A DNA stretch of 64,000 nt, from assembly GCA_963575745.1 (NCBI GenBank), contig CAUYUJ010000141.1, forward strand, positions 1 to 64,000. The letters run 5' to 3'. The position numbers and the translations under genes were made by a program. The stretch comes from Prorocentrum cordatum (lineage: Eukaryota). Shown here piece by piece: positions 24,321 through 36,713 of this stretch; positions within the stretch are counted from its first letter, which is position 1; every line of letters begins with the position of its first letter. The notes below the pieces were generated by a model. That model was not told the DNA's origin. It searched no databases and was given only the letters and a program-made list of their open reading frames with translations.

Positions 24321-27139
24321 ATCCCTCTCCTCATCATCCTCCCCATTTCTCCCCAAAAAGTTCCCCCAAGCGTTTCCACAACAGCAGGGCGGAACACAGA
24401 AAGTCCAATATCTTCGCAAGACGGCGGCCCAACGTTTGGCCACATTGGCGTTTCCAAGAGGCAGGGAGCGGCGGTGGTTCGCGGTAGGCGTCGTTGTTAC
24501 ATTATAGAGGATTGCTAAATCAACTGCAGAGCAACGCAATACACAACCACAACGGAACAATGCGCGAATCCTTACAACATCAAAGTTCAGCGCCTTCTGG
24601 TGCACGATGGTGCAAAACCATAAAGCACGCTAGAACTCAAATGATGACGTAGAAACACACGCTACCATTCAATGAATCATCAACCATGCACAGACGAACT
24701 TGTAAGTAAGAATGCGTGCAGTCCTCCGTTCCGATACAATGCCGTAGTTTGCCCTGTGCCGCAACATCATCCACCACACCCCTCACAAATCTACACGCGA
24801 GCACGGCTACCTACACAGCTTCCGTATAAGCATGTATACCATACAGACACTTTATGGTGTAGCCCATTCCGCACGCTACAATGTTTGGACTCGCGCCCAC
24901 TACTACGATGTGCTCAACGATACCACGCGAGAGCATGCTCACCCACACGTCAAACTTTGGAATTGTAGCAGCTCGCTTCGAGTACCAGTGAGTCCCACCA
25001 GCCCTCTGGGCGGTGGTCTGGAGTGGTTTCTCTTCCAACCCTCTTTATTCCCATTCGGCGAGGAGTGTAACCATCCGCATACCACCTCCCCCTGGATCTG
25101 GACAGGGGGGTTCGCGGGAAGTTCAGAGCGCCCAAGATGGCCCACTCCCGAAGATGACCTCAGAGAGCTCACGATGACCTCCAACATGGCATGTGACAAA
25201 CAGAGAAAGCTTAAGACAGCCTCCACGATGCATCCGAGATACACCAAGATCGTCCCAAGACAGGTTCAAGTGGCCACGTAGCCTCTCAAAGATGCCCCCA
25301 AGAGGCCAAAATCCGTCCAAAACCTGAGGACAGCCAATAAATCTTGCCTTCTCGCCGTTTCGCTCCTGATGGGCTTCTTCTGAGGCCTCAAGATGGCTCC
25401 AGGATGGCCCAAGAGAGGCCCAAGCGGGTTCCAATATGGACCCAGGAACGCCCAAGAGCGCCCCAAGAGGGCCCCGAGAGGCGATTATTGAGGCTCCGTT
25501 CGGGCGAGGCCAATGAAGAGCATCCTCTCCTTTGATCGATGTCCACAAAGATGGCCCCAAGAGGGTGCCCAAGGCCCCGAAGAGTAGCCCGAGAAAGCCC
25601 ATGGAGACCCAAAGGCATCCAACATTGCCCCAAGAGGGCTCCAAGATGGCCCAGGTAAGCTGCCAAGAGGCTCTCTTATTGACCCATCCGCGAAGGCGTT
25701 TATGGTTGACTTCTGGGTCTGCTCAGGCTGATGCCGATCTTCGGTGTGACGGCCACCCAACCCCTCTTCGTTCCACTGCGTGCTCCCACTCCGCCCTGAT
25801 CAACGCAACACGCCTGAGCGTCGTCTCTGGATGGGCTTGTGGAGACACGCGACGCGCGTAGAGCATGTCAACAAGGACACCAGCGCAGGAAGACGACGAG
25901 GGCAGGCGAAGGCGGGAAACGCATCAGCCAGCAACGCTCGCAGAGAAAGACCGAGTCGACGCAGGCCTACGCGATGCGCCTCTTCTCATGCATCCACCAG
26001 CGGCCGCCGGCGCGGCAGCTGGCCTTCGCCCACGGACCGCCCCTCCCCGCCGGGCAGAGAATGCCAGCACTCGTGCTGGCACGTGTGCACGTGCACGCAT
26101 GAGTGCAGGCAGAGGTTCCTCCCGAAAGTGCAGGCAGTATTCGACATTGGGCGGACCGGGGGGGGAGGGGGGGGGTCTGGCTCCGGGCCTTTGCTTAGCG
26201 CGACTGTTTGCAACAGTGCGTCCTGTGGGTGAGACTCCACCTGCTTGAAACAGGCGCCAGAAGCAGCCAAGATCCACTCCATGGGGGGGGGAGGGGGCGC
26301 GAGGGCCCGCGCCGATCGGCAAAACAGTCGGTGAGAAAACGATCAAAAAGGCCAAACCATCAAAACGTGCTTCCGCCATACGTTGCATGCGTGTATTACG
26401 CAGTATTGTTTGAGAGGGGGGAGCGAAGAGCGGGGAAACACTACCGAGCGCACGCACCCTCCCCCAGCCTGCCAGGCCCGACATAAAAAAAAACGCTTAC
26501 GCGGGCAACGAGGCATACACGTGTCACGGAATTGGTGCAAGAACGGCAACACGAGAAGGGAGCAGGAGGAGGAGGAAGAGGAGGAGCGGAAGAGGGAAGA
26601 AGAGGACGACTGACACTAATAAAGTTGCTGATATGCACCGCGAGGTGACAACCTGAACGAACGCAACTGATGGTCTGGGCATTGCAGGCTTGTGTCTGAC
26701 CTATACAGCTTAAAGATGGCCCTGAAATTGCCCACCATGGTGCTGAGGTGGGCCCATAAAGACGACGAAGACCTTCTACAGGCCCACACGAGCACAAAAA
26801 GAGCTCCAAGATCACTCCGAGGGAAGCTTCTCAGTCATCTGACAGTAATGGCGTTGAGCCCTCTTTTTGGCAACCGACGACCTCCGTCATGGCCCGGAAA
26901 GAATCCAAAAGGGCACCCAAAGAAGGACCCAGAAGAGCCCTAAAGGACCCCAACGGGTCATCGACGAAGCGCGAAGGGACCTGCATTGGGCTTGTCGTAA
27001 CTCTCGGAGGGCCCAGAGGTCGCAAGCTTTGGGCATGCTTCCGGGAGCTCTTGGGGGGGGCCTGCGGGTGCTCGGGGTTGGAGGGGGGGGGCTCCCAATA
27101 ACTCCCAGGACTGCCCCGAGCGCAGTGTCCTCCCATAAG

Positions 27140-27392
27140 GACGCGAAGCGGCAGCCAGAAGCAACTGCTCTAAAGTGAAGCAGAGCCAGTGCACAGCACC
27201 GAGCGCCACAGGCGGCAGTACCGAAATTATGCGTCTGCTCGGGCAGTCGCCGAACTCCGCTTGCCTGCCGGGGGCTGGCGAGCCGCGTGAGTCTTCGGCC
27301 GTTCCCCTTCCCCACGTTGCACTTCCGGTGGGTTCACAGTCCTGCTTGAGCAACGGAGACGGGAGTCTCATGAGCTCGTCAAAGCAAGCCCT
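27140..27392 (-). CDS. Two putative exons (ACFDELMRLPSPLLKQDCEPTG; QAEFGDCPSRRIISVLPPVALGAVHWLCFTLEQLLLAA)
   Basis: CAG acceptors precede both islands; unique sequence in an open frame. Confidence 0.35.
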
Positions 27393-27558
27393 GGCAAAGG
27401 TTCCCAGAGGCCCCAGAAAGCCCCACAAGCTGACAGAAACAGCTAGGCCAGATGGTGTCCATGGCTCATTGTATCGCGGCGCGGGATCAGGTAATTCGGG
27501 TCCCCAACACGGTGCGGTGAGGAGCAGTGCGGTAGCCTCAAAATCAAACAAACAAAAA

Positions 27559-28937
27559 TTATCCTGGCGAAGGACCCAACCATATGCAGTTGTGAATGCC
27601 GCAATTGTGAATGCCATCTTCGCCTGCGCTCCCTATGTGGCCACGGCTTCCCGCCGGAGCCCGACATGCTCAGGGACACGTTCGTGGCCGTCTTCGCGGG
27701 CGCCGACGACGACAAGGACGGCGTCCCTCTCACCGAGGAGCAGAAGCAGGAGAAGGCCTTGAGAGCCATGAGGGAGGAGGTGGCGTTGCACGTCGACAAG
27801 GCGGAGTACGACGCCCATGCGCAGTTGTTGAAGCAGCGCAACTATGGGGCCACGATCCTCGTGAGGGATGTGCCGCAATGGCCCGGGGCCGCCATGCGAA
27901 CCCTGCCACTGGCGCCTTCGGTGGAGCTCCAGTGGGGCCACGGTCCTCGTGAGGGGTGTGCCGAAATGGCCCGAGGCCGCCATGCGAACCCTGCCACTGG
28001 GGCCTTCGGTGGAGCTCCCTATGGGGCCACGATCCTCGTGAGGGGTGTGCCGAAATGGCCCGAGGCCGCCATGCGAACCCTGCCACTGGCGCCTTCGGTG
28101 GAGCTCCCTATGGGGCCACGATCCTCGTGAGGGGTGTGCCGAAATGGCCCGAGGCCGCCATGCGAACCCTGCCACTGGCGCCTTCGGTGGAGCTCCCTAT
28201 GGGGCCACGATCCTCGTGAGGGGTGTGCCGAAATGGCCCGAGGCCGCCATGCGAACCCTGCCACTGGGGGCCTTCGGTGGAGCTCCCTATGGGGCCACGA
28301 TCCTCGGGAGGGGTGTGCCGAAATGGCCCGAGGCCGCCATGCGAACCCTGCCACTGGCGCCTTCGGTGGAGCTCCCTATGGGGCCACGATCCTCGTGAGG
28401 GGTGTGCCGAAATGGCCCGAGGCCGCCATGCGAACCCTGCCTCTGGGGCCTTCGGTGGAGCTCCCTATGTGGCCACGATCCTCGTGAGGGTGTGCCGAAA
28501 TGGCCCGAGGCCGCCATGCGAACCCTGCCACTGGCGCCTTCGGCGGAGCTCCCTATGGGGCCACGATCCTCGTGAGGGGTGTGCCGAAATGGCCCGAGGC
28601 CGCCATGCGAACCCTGCCACTGGAGCCTTCGGTGGAGCTCCCTATGGGGCCACGATCCTCGTGAGGGGTGTGCCGAAATGGCCCGAGGCCGCCATGCGAA
28701 CCCTGCCACTGGAGCCGTCGGTGGAGCTCCCTATGGGGCCACGATCCTCGTGAGGGGTGTGCCGAAATGACCCGAGGCCGCCATGCGAACCCTGCCAGTG
28801 GGGCCTTCGGTGGAGCTCCCTATGGGGCCACGAAGCGGTGGGTGAAACGCAGGGATGAGGGGGAGGAGGAGAGGAGGAGAGGAGACGCGGGCCACCGTCT
28901 CTTCAAAACGAGGACCCAACACCACAGGATGGTTGGG
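27559..28937 (-). mobile_element. Family H1 copy 3 (homogeneous 89 bp tandem array at 27843-28832 plus captured coding fragment)
   Basis: On the + strand: aaaaa|ttatcctggcgaaggacccaaccatatgcagttgtg ... ccgtctcttcaaaacgaggacccaacaccacaggatggttggg|aaaaaa. Confidence 0.8.
27645..27845 (+). pseudogene. Coding fragment resembling the DUF6570 region found N-terminal to Helitron-type Rep/helicase proteins
   Basis: GFPPEPDMLRDTFVAVFAGADDDKDGVPLTEEQKQEKALRAMREEVALHVDKAEYDAHAQLLKQRNY; strong G/C third-position bias. The pattern P..P..L.DT...VF.G ... L.V........LK..N.Y was recalled from the family, not searched. Confidence 0.5.
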
Positions 28938-29509
28938 AAAAAATGGCCGCACGCTCGGTCACCGCACTGTCTTGGGGACCCTGGAGGTCCCCGTCGCCCG
29001 AGACACATTCGGAGACCGACTCGAGTCCAAGAACCGTGCGGCGACCCCGCCTGGAGGGCCCCCGGCTCAGCCTCGACAGCCGCGCTAATTATCGCGGGCA
29101 CGGCGCGCTCCCCGCGACGTCACGAGGCACGGCACGACTGCTAGACGGCGACACGCGGCACGGCACTGCATGGCAAGCGCCCCGCGAAGTCACGAGCAGC
29201 GACGCGGCACGGCGAGCGCCCCTCGGGATCGCGAGGCACGGCGCGTCAGAGTACGGCAAGGCGAAGCACGGCACGGCACGCGCCCCACGGAAGCACAGGA
29301 CCCAACACGGCACGGCACGGCCTGGCGGCAGGCGCCCAGCCACAGCACCACGGAACGGCACGGCACGCAACGAGTACGGCGCAGGACCCCCTCCTTGGCC
29401 CCCTGGGGCCCTCGTAAGGAGCCTATCAGGGAATGTGATGGCGCTCTTGGAGCCCCTCGGGGCCACCCTGGGTCACTCTCCCGCCGTCGGAAAGGATTCC
29501 GGGCTCCCT

Positions 29510-29781
29510 GGCGGGCGCGAAGCTGGCCAGATGGAGGTCGGCTCTGCAAGAAGGGTTTACCCAACTGGCGGTTGAAAATCCCAGAATGTAGACCCCCGCT
29601 TGCTTCCCCACTAGGACGTATATGCAGGGCACGCTTGAGTTCAGATTCTTCTGCGACAGTCGGGACACCGCTCGCCGCCGAGCTGTCAAACAAAGTTGGT
29701 AAGTCTGGCATGTTTGTGTATCTATCGACCAATCGAGGCAACCGTCTTGTCTTAAGACTCTCTACCTCGTCCAAGTAGCGA
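29510..29781 (-). CDS. Putative exon (RYLDEVESLKTRRLPRLVDRYTNMPDLPTLFD…), possibly frameshifted
   Basis: ccAG acceptor at 29783-29782; unique protein-like sequence. The second half reads well in another frame (VPCIYVLVGKQAGVYILGFSTASW). Confidence 0.45.
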
Positions 29782-30204
29782 CTGGCCGCCTGCTTGCGCG
29801 TGGCAGACATGTTAGCCACGACGATGGCTAGTCGAAAGACACATGCAATTCACCGACTACAGTTGCGCGGTTGCGTTGCGCCCCCCCCCCCCCCTCACGA
29901 AATCGAGCCCCAGGAACACCTTCTCATCCTAAACAACAACAGCAACAACAAGGCCAACAACAAGGTCAGCACTCACACTGCGGGCCCGGCCCACGGTACC
30001 GCTCACGCCTTCTGCCCCCCCCTTTCCCCGACACCGACACCGACAGTGCTTCGGAATCCCGATGGGAATTCCACTGATGAGAAAATTCTGAAGAACGAAG
30101 CCTTACGGTTATCCTTCCGAGTTTGCAGACGTTGAGACGTGTATGCGCGGGCGAAGCGAGGTTCTGCTGGGCATTCTGTCGCACCATGATGCTGCCGATT
30201 CCTG

Positions 30205-30760
30205 GCGGACTCCTTCCTGAAGCTCCTTTTTACTGGGGATGCCTAAAAGGATTCCCTACTGGAAATCCCCCACAAAAGGATTCGTTACTGCTGAAACATA
30301 CAAAGGATTGGCTACTGGGCATTTCCTACTTAGGATTCATGACTGGGGATGCCTACAAATGACTCCCTACTGAGAGTTATACCCCCTAAAAACGCTACCT
30401 GACTGAAGATGCCCTACTCCTGAATCCTGATTGAGGGTTCCTGAGTAAGGACTCCCTACGAAGGTTTCTTACAAAGGATGCTTTACTAAGGGTATCTCCA
30501 TATGTAAGGATCCACAAACGAAGGCCCCCCCCATACTAGGAATTGTTCGGTCTCCATGGGAATCTCTCGAAATCCTCAGGAATCCTAACAAATCCTTGGG
30601 AATGCCCGGGCATCTTTCGGTATCCTCAGGAATCCTTGAAAATGCCTCGGAATCCTTAGGAACCCCTAGAAAGAATTCTTCGGAATCCAATGGATACAAG
30701 AGGATCCCTTTGAATTCCCTCGGATTCCTTGAGATTCCTGCAGGATCTTTCAGAAACCAC
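30205..30760. repeat. Degenerate GGA(A/T)TCC-type short repeat region
   Basis: Recurring ggaatcct/aggattcc motifs. Confidence 0.7.
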
Positions 30761-30769
30761 GCGCAATCA

Positions 30770-31057
30770 TGATAGTACAAGTATTAGTAATAGTAGTGGT
30801 AGTAGCGATCGTAATAAAAATTTAAGCAGCAGCACTGATAGTAGTAGTAGTAGTAGAAAAAGTAGTACTGGTGGTAGTGGTAGAAAATTCAATAGCCGTG
30901 GTCGTCGTAATTGTAATAGTGGTCGTAGTGGTAGTAGTAATACGACTACGAAGAAGTAGTAGCATCTCGAAAGCAAAAGTGGTAATCGTGGAAGAGAAAG
31001 CTTTACTCGTAATACCTCCAGCAGTAGTAATAGTAGTAGTTGTAGTAGTAGTAGTAA

Positions 31058-31102
<45 letters not shown>

Positions 31103-32312
31103 GTAGTAGTGGTAGTAGTAGTAGTAGTAGTAGTTCTAGTACTGGTACTGGCAGTAGTTGTAGTAATAATAATAAAATTAATAACAGTAGCCGTAGTAGT
31201 AGTGGTAGTAGTAGTAGTAGTGGTTTCGTAGTCGCCTTGATAAGTGTTGAAATGGCAACAATAGTCGCAGTAGTCGTAGAAGTAATAGTGTAATAAAAAG
31301 TTGTAGTACGACTAGTACTAATAGTAATACTACTAAAAATAATAATCGTACTAGTACTAGGAGCTGTCGCTGCTATAGTACGAGTAGCCGTAATCAAAAA
31401 AAAATCGTCGCCGTCGTAGGCGTACTCGTAGCAAGTCCACTTGTACGTACTATAGTTGCGGTAGCAGTCACAATGGCAATGGTAGTAGTAGTAGTAGCAG
31501 CAGCATGAAGCTTGAATAGTAGCAGTTTGTAAGACTACTATTATCACGATAAGCAGCAGTAGTAATAGTAGTAGTAGTAGTAGTAGTTGAAGATAGTCAA
31601 AAAAATACACTAGTAATGGTAGTGGTAGCCGTAGTAGTAGCAGTAGTAATCGTAGTAGTGATCGTAGTAGTAGTAGTAGCAGCAGTAGTAGTAGTAGTAG
31701 TAGTTGTAGAGGCAGTAGTAGTGGTAGCAATATTACTAGCAGTAGAAGCAGCAGTCGTAGTAGTAGTAGTAGCAGTATTGTAACTAACAGTAGCACTAGT
31801 AGAAGTAATAACAAGAACTCTGGTCGTAATCCTAGCAGTAGTAGTAGTAGTAGCAGTCGTCGTCGTCGCGGGAATAATAACAATAGTAGTAGTAGTAGTA
31901 CCAGTAGCAGCAGTAGTAGTAGTAGTAGTAGTAGTAATAGCATGAGCAATCGTATTAGTAATACTAGTAGCAATAGGGCTACGATTCGTAATCATACGAG
32001 TACTGACAATGCGAGCAGCCGTAGGAGTAGTAGCAATACTAGTGGTTATAGTAATGGAAGTGGCAGTAGCAGCCGCCGACGTAGTCGTAGTAATAGTCGC
32101 AGTCGTAGTCGTAGTCGTAATAGTAGGAGTAGTTGGGGGAGTAGTAGTAGTAGTAGTAGTAATAGTAGTAGTAGTAGTAGTAATAATAGTAGTAGTAGTA
32201 GTAGTGGTAGTAGTACGAATAGTAAAAGTAGTAAGACTAGTAGTAGTAGCAGCAGCAGTAGTAGTAGTAGTAGCAGCAGTAGTAGTAGTAGTAGTAGTAG
32301 TGGTAGTAGTGG
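30770..32312. repeat. Degenerate (GTA)n microsatellite, ~1.5 kb
   Basis: Direct. Confidence 0.95.
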
Positions 32313-32319
32313 TCCGAGT

Positions 32320-32531
32320 AGGCTCCGGTCGCGGTGTCCACATGCGCCTCCACCACCCAGCAAGGCGACTCGTGGCCCCATAGGGGTATCCACCTAGGGC
32401 CCCAGTGGCGATGTCCACATGCGTCTTCCCCACCCAGCACGGAGCTTCGTGGCCCCATAGGGAGCTCCACCGAAGGCCCCCGTGGCGGTGTCCACATGCG
32501 TCTCCCCCACCCAGTGCAGCGCTTCGTGGCC
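32320..32531 (+). repeat. Fragment of the H1 internal repeat without termini
   Basis: cgtggccccatagggagctccaccgaaggcccc core. Confidence 0.75.
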
Positions 32532-32549
32532 TAGGGAGGTCCGAAGGGC

Positions 32550-32604
32550 ATTCTCAACAGACCCCCAAGGGGCCGAAGGCCCCCTCTGGGGGTCTGTTGA
32601 GAAT
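32550..32604. other. Long hairpin/inverted repeat
   Basis: ATTCTCAACAGACCCCCA / TGGGGGTCTGTTGAGAAT (18 bp perfect) enclosing GGGGCC-GAA-GGCCCC. Confidence 0.9.
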
Positions 32605-32665
32605 TGGTGGTGTGGTGGGGGGGGGCGGGCCGCCAGCGCACGTGCCCATCAACAACAACAACACT

Positions 32666-32736
<71 letters not shown>

Positions 32737-32769
32737 AAAAAACAACAACAACAACAACAACAACAACAA

Positions 32770-33536
32770 TCATTTTACCCGAACGCTCAGTGTTCTCACC
32801 AGTGCCAGGGTTTTCATGCGACGCGAGACAATACCCCCACTTCGTGGGGGGGCAGTTCAAGCTCTACCAAATATCCAAACGACTCTTCGCGACCACCCAA
32901 ACCCAGCTTCCCGCCCTATGACGTTGGGACACTTCACTTCGTGGCGTGCGGACGACCGTGGCTACTACACTGGCGTGGGGTACACACCCACAGAATTTCG
33001 GCGTGCGCGCGCGAAGAAAAAACGAATGTGTCCCGCATGATATTATTTGACAGGGATGATGGCCCTGGCAGGTGCGCAACCGTTGTCGCAGAAATTCGAA
33101 AAAGTTGCTCGCAAAAGCCCGTTTGACAAAATTGTTTAAAAAGTGTTGGTTTTCCTACGAATCCGCAAGAGCGCGCGGAAGGACATTTTGACAATTTTTT
33201 ATTAAAAAACCATTGGGTTTTTGATGTTTTTATGTTAAAATCGTTACGAAACCTAAGGTTTTGGAAGGATTTCGTCTTGCGCGCACGAATGTCCACTTTA
33301 CCTTATTTTTTGCAAGGGATTCTTGCAATTTGATCAAGTAAGAACAAGAATTTTCATTTTATAGTGTTTTTTGCAAGGGAAAGCGGGGGGGAACAAAACA
33401 ACCGGATCCGGTACTAATCGTTTTGCCTGAGACTTCCTCACGAAAATGATGAAAATGAGGCTGCGGCCTAGGCGCGGCGGGGGGGTCGTGCACCAGGGGT
33501 CCCAACAATAATTATTCTTAAGAAGAAATAATGTTC
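32770..33536. mobile_element. Family B element, second copy, embedded in (AAC)n
   Basis: First ~225 bp appear identical to 5789-6015; 33170-33380 is near-identical to 6578-6790; same right end; flanked by (AAC)n at 32650-32769 and 33537-34050. Confidence 0.75.
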
Positions 33537-33789
33537 AACAACAACAACAACAGCAACAACAGCAACAACAGCAACAGCAACAACAACAAAAAAAAACAAC
33601 AATAACAAAAACCACGGAAACAAAAACAACAACACAAAACAAGACCATAACAACAACAGCGATAAGAACAACAACAGCAACAACAACAGCAGCAACAACA
33701 ACAACAACAAAACAAAAACAACAACGACGACGACGACGACAACGGCAACAACAACCATCACCACCACCAACAACAGCAACAGCAATAAA

Positions 33790-33823
<34 letters not shown>

Positions 33824-34702
33824 ACAACAATAACAACCACAACAACAACGATGACGACAACCACAACGACCATAACAACATCAACAGCAACAATAACAAC
33901 AACAGCAATAATAATAACAGCAGCAACAACAACACTAACAACAACAGCAACAACAACAATAACAACAACAACAGCAACCACAACAACAACAACAACAATA
34001 GCGGCAGCAACAACAACAGCAGCAACAAAAGCAAACACAACATACAAAGCAAAAAAACGCCCCAACATTGCCTGAAGGCCTCCAAGGCGGTCACAAGACG
34101 GAGAAGTTTCCAGCGGCTCCAAGAGGAGCCCAAGATGACCCAAGATAGCCTCAACACGACCCGAGCGGCTCCCAAGACTGCCAAAGCGGGCTCTAAGAGA
34201 ACGCCCACGAGGCCGTCGAGAGCAGAACACCTTGCTTCCTCTTGCGAGCTTTGAACAGATTGAAGCATACTGGCTCCTTCCGGCGTCCGACAGCCCAAGA
34301 CGACCCAACGGTTTCCCAAGAGGCCTCACTGACAGCCCAAACGGGTCCCAAGCGGGCCAAAAGACGGCACTAGAGGGCTCCAAGACTGCACAAGTGACCC
34401 GCAAGACGGCCCACGGCGGCCCCAAGACGGCCCAAGATGCCCCCGAGACTGCCCAAGAGGCCCCAAGAAGGTCCCAAGAGGGGAAAAATCGACCTGGCCT
34501 CAACAGCCTCTTCCTACAGGAGCCACCCAGACCCCCAGCATGCCCCAAGAGGCCCCTAAGAGGCCCGAAGACGCCCCCGAGGGGCCCCGAAAGGCAAAAA
34601 AAAACCCAAGAGGCCTCCCAGAGCTCTCCCTGCAGAACACCAAAGGCCTCCCGAGAGTCGCTCAAGACCGAGACCAGTTCCGGCACACGTCTTGAACTCA
34701 AC

Positions 34703-34819
34703 CTTCTTCACGCTGCTCTGCTCCGCTGGCGCCGTGGCAGGGTCTGCAGAAGGCACCTGGATGGGGAAGGAGAAGGAGTGAGCTGGCAGGGCATATATGC
34801 ATCCTCGCAGGACGGACAC
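34703..34819 (-). CDS. Putative exon (VSVLRGCIYALPAHSFSFPIQVPSADPATAPAEQSSVKK)
   Basis: cccAG|…AAG|GTtgag; 117 nt, phase 0/0, compatible with the upstream exon 35626-35795. Confidence 0.45.
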
Positions 34820-35625
34820 CTGGGACGCTGTCCAGGGCCATCGATGGACAAAGCAAGCCCACCAGGGTGGCAGCACGAGCCACGCCAGTGAGGAGGAATG
34901 GGCGGGGTGGGGCGGAAGGCGGAGGGAGGTGAGAGGAGGGACGAGGGAGGGGATGGGGGACGAGAGAGGAGGCAGGCGAGGAGGAAGGAGGGCGGGGCGC
35001 CAGGGAGCGACGCGAGGCGATCGGAGGGCGAGGGGGGCAACGGGAGCAGCAGAGGGAGCGGGCCGGCAGGTGGAAGGCGAGGCGCGGAGAGGAGGGGAGG
35101 GGCAGAGGGGGGCACGGGGGGGCAGGACGGGGCACAGGGAGCAGAGGAGGGGGAGGGCTGACGAGGAGGGTGGACGCGCGCGACCCCGCTCCTCCCCCCC
35201 CCCCTCCCGGCCGCCCCTCCTCGCACGCAAAAGGCGCGCGCCAGAGAAAAATATGTATGTAGGGGGGACGTGAAGAGAGCAGGTTCTGAGCCAGGGCGGC
35301 GCGCCACGCGCGGACCGCGAAGGGAGGGGGCGGGTGCGCTGGCCGAGGCGGCGCAGGGGGCGCCGCAGGGCCAAACGCTGCCCTCGGGCCCAGGGGGGGG
35401 GGGGGGCTTCCCGCGCCGCTCTCTCGCGCACCGCTCTGCTTCCCCATATCCGTTTCCCTCTCTGCTTTCCCTCCCCTCTCCTCCGTCCTCCCCCGCCCCC
35501 CCTCGCTCCCCCCCCCCGTCCCCTCCCCTGCCTCGGCCCTCTCAGCCTCTCCTCTCCCTCCTCGCCCTCCTCGCTCACCCTCACACCTGTCTGCCCTCGG
35601 AGCTCTCCCGGGGGTGCGACTTCAC

Positions 35626-35795
35626 CTGACTGTCGAAGGGAACCCATCCGCTGCGACGAAAAGCCTCCCAGAGGCACGCACAAACCAAGAAGCGTCCAGT
35701 CACTTCGGTCCTCGACGTTCGGTACTCGACGATCAAAGTGATCCAGATTGCGTGTGCCCTCTGGCCGCAGCGCGCGGCATCCAAAGTGCTCCATG
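35626..35795 (-). CDS. Putative exon (WSTLDAARCGQRAHAIWITLIVEYRTSRTEVTGRFLVCACLWEAFRRSGWVPFDSQ)
   Basis: cgcAG acceptor, CAG|GTgaag donor, open frame. Confidence 0.5.
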
Positions 35796-36129
35796 CTGCG
35801 GGGTAGCTAGATCCGCTGTGGATTCGGCTACCCGCGGCCCCCCTCGTGGTTCCCTGGTGGTGGCGGCGCTCCACGGTCGATGCTGCGGCACCCGCGTGCT
35901 GAGTGGGGCTGTCGACGCACGATTTGGATGCCCGCGGCCCGCCGCGGCCGCCACGTGTCCGTTGCTGATTGCTTGGCGCTTCCTCAATATGAATACTACT
36001 CTCCTCTCTCCCCTGGTGACGTCCGGGAAATGTCCGACCCCACTACGCGTACAGGCTTTTGGCGCACAGGATTCCCGGGAGTCGGGTTTTCGCTCAGGTT
36101 TTTGTTCAGAATGCTGCTCCGCTGAAGCT

Positions 36130-36660
36130 CTGGCTGCACTTTCGGGCCACCGTTCGTTCCGAATCGTGTTCCCACTGCAGCGCTGGCCTCATTTCCGCGT
36201 TTCCGCTCGTTCCGAATCGTGCTCCCGCTGCAGCGCTGGCGTCATTATTTCAATGAAAACCATGCTTTTCGGTCCTGCCAAAGAGGCCCCAAAATCAAAA
36301 AAAATGCCCCCCGAAAAAACAATCGGAAGTGTTTAACTACACATTCGGTGTCGATTCGTTGGGTGTTGGGGCCGCAGAAGTTCCCCCCACTTTGGGGCTT
36401 CGCCACCCCAGGCTATGTCAGGCTACGCGTCCTCGGAATCCCGTTCCCGCTGCAGCGCTGGCCTCATTTCGGCGCTGTCGCTCGTTCCGAATCGTGCTCC
36501 AGCTGCACCGCTGGCGTCGTCATGTTCAGCGCCATGCTACGGCGTGATTTTCGGTCCTTCCAAATAGGCCCCCCGATCGAAAAAAATTGCACCCCGACAA
36601 AAAATATCGGAAGTGAGTGCACATTCGATGTCCATTCGTTGATCCTTTTGGCCGTAGAAA
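36130..36660. repeat. Diverged tandem duplication (~280 bp) with internal cgttccgaatcgtg/ctgcagcgctggc repeats
   Basis: 36170-36370 resembles 36445-36650. Confidence 0.75.
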
Positions 36661-36713
36661 CCCCCCGGGACCTTAAAAAACCATCCGATTGGAAAACACC
36701 AATCCAACTTGAC

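Noticed and set aside
23013..24605. 530 aa ORF and other long poly-D/N/P/E/L ORFs (5397-6287, 11139-12752, 14029-15834, 30822-31973)
   Set aside because: These are products of trinucleotide microsatellites that lack stop codons.
27843..28832. 89 bp (and 90 bp at 42060-42570) periodic arrays as CRISPR
   Set aside because: Whole units are near-identical with no unique spacers, and no cas genes are present.
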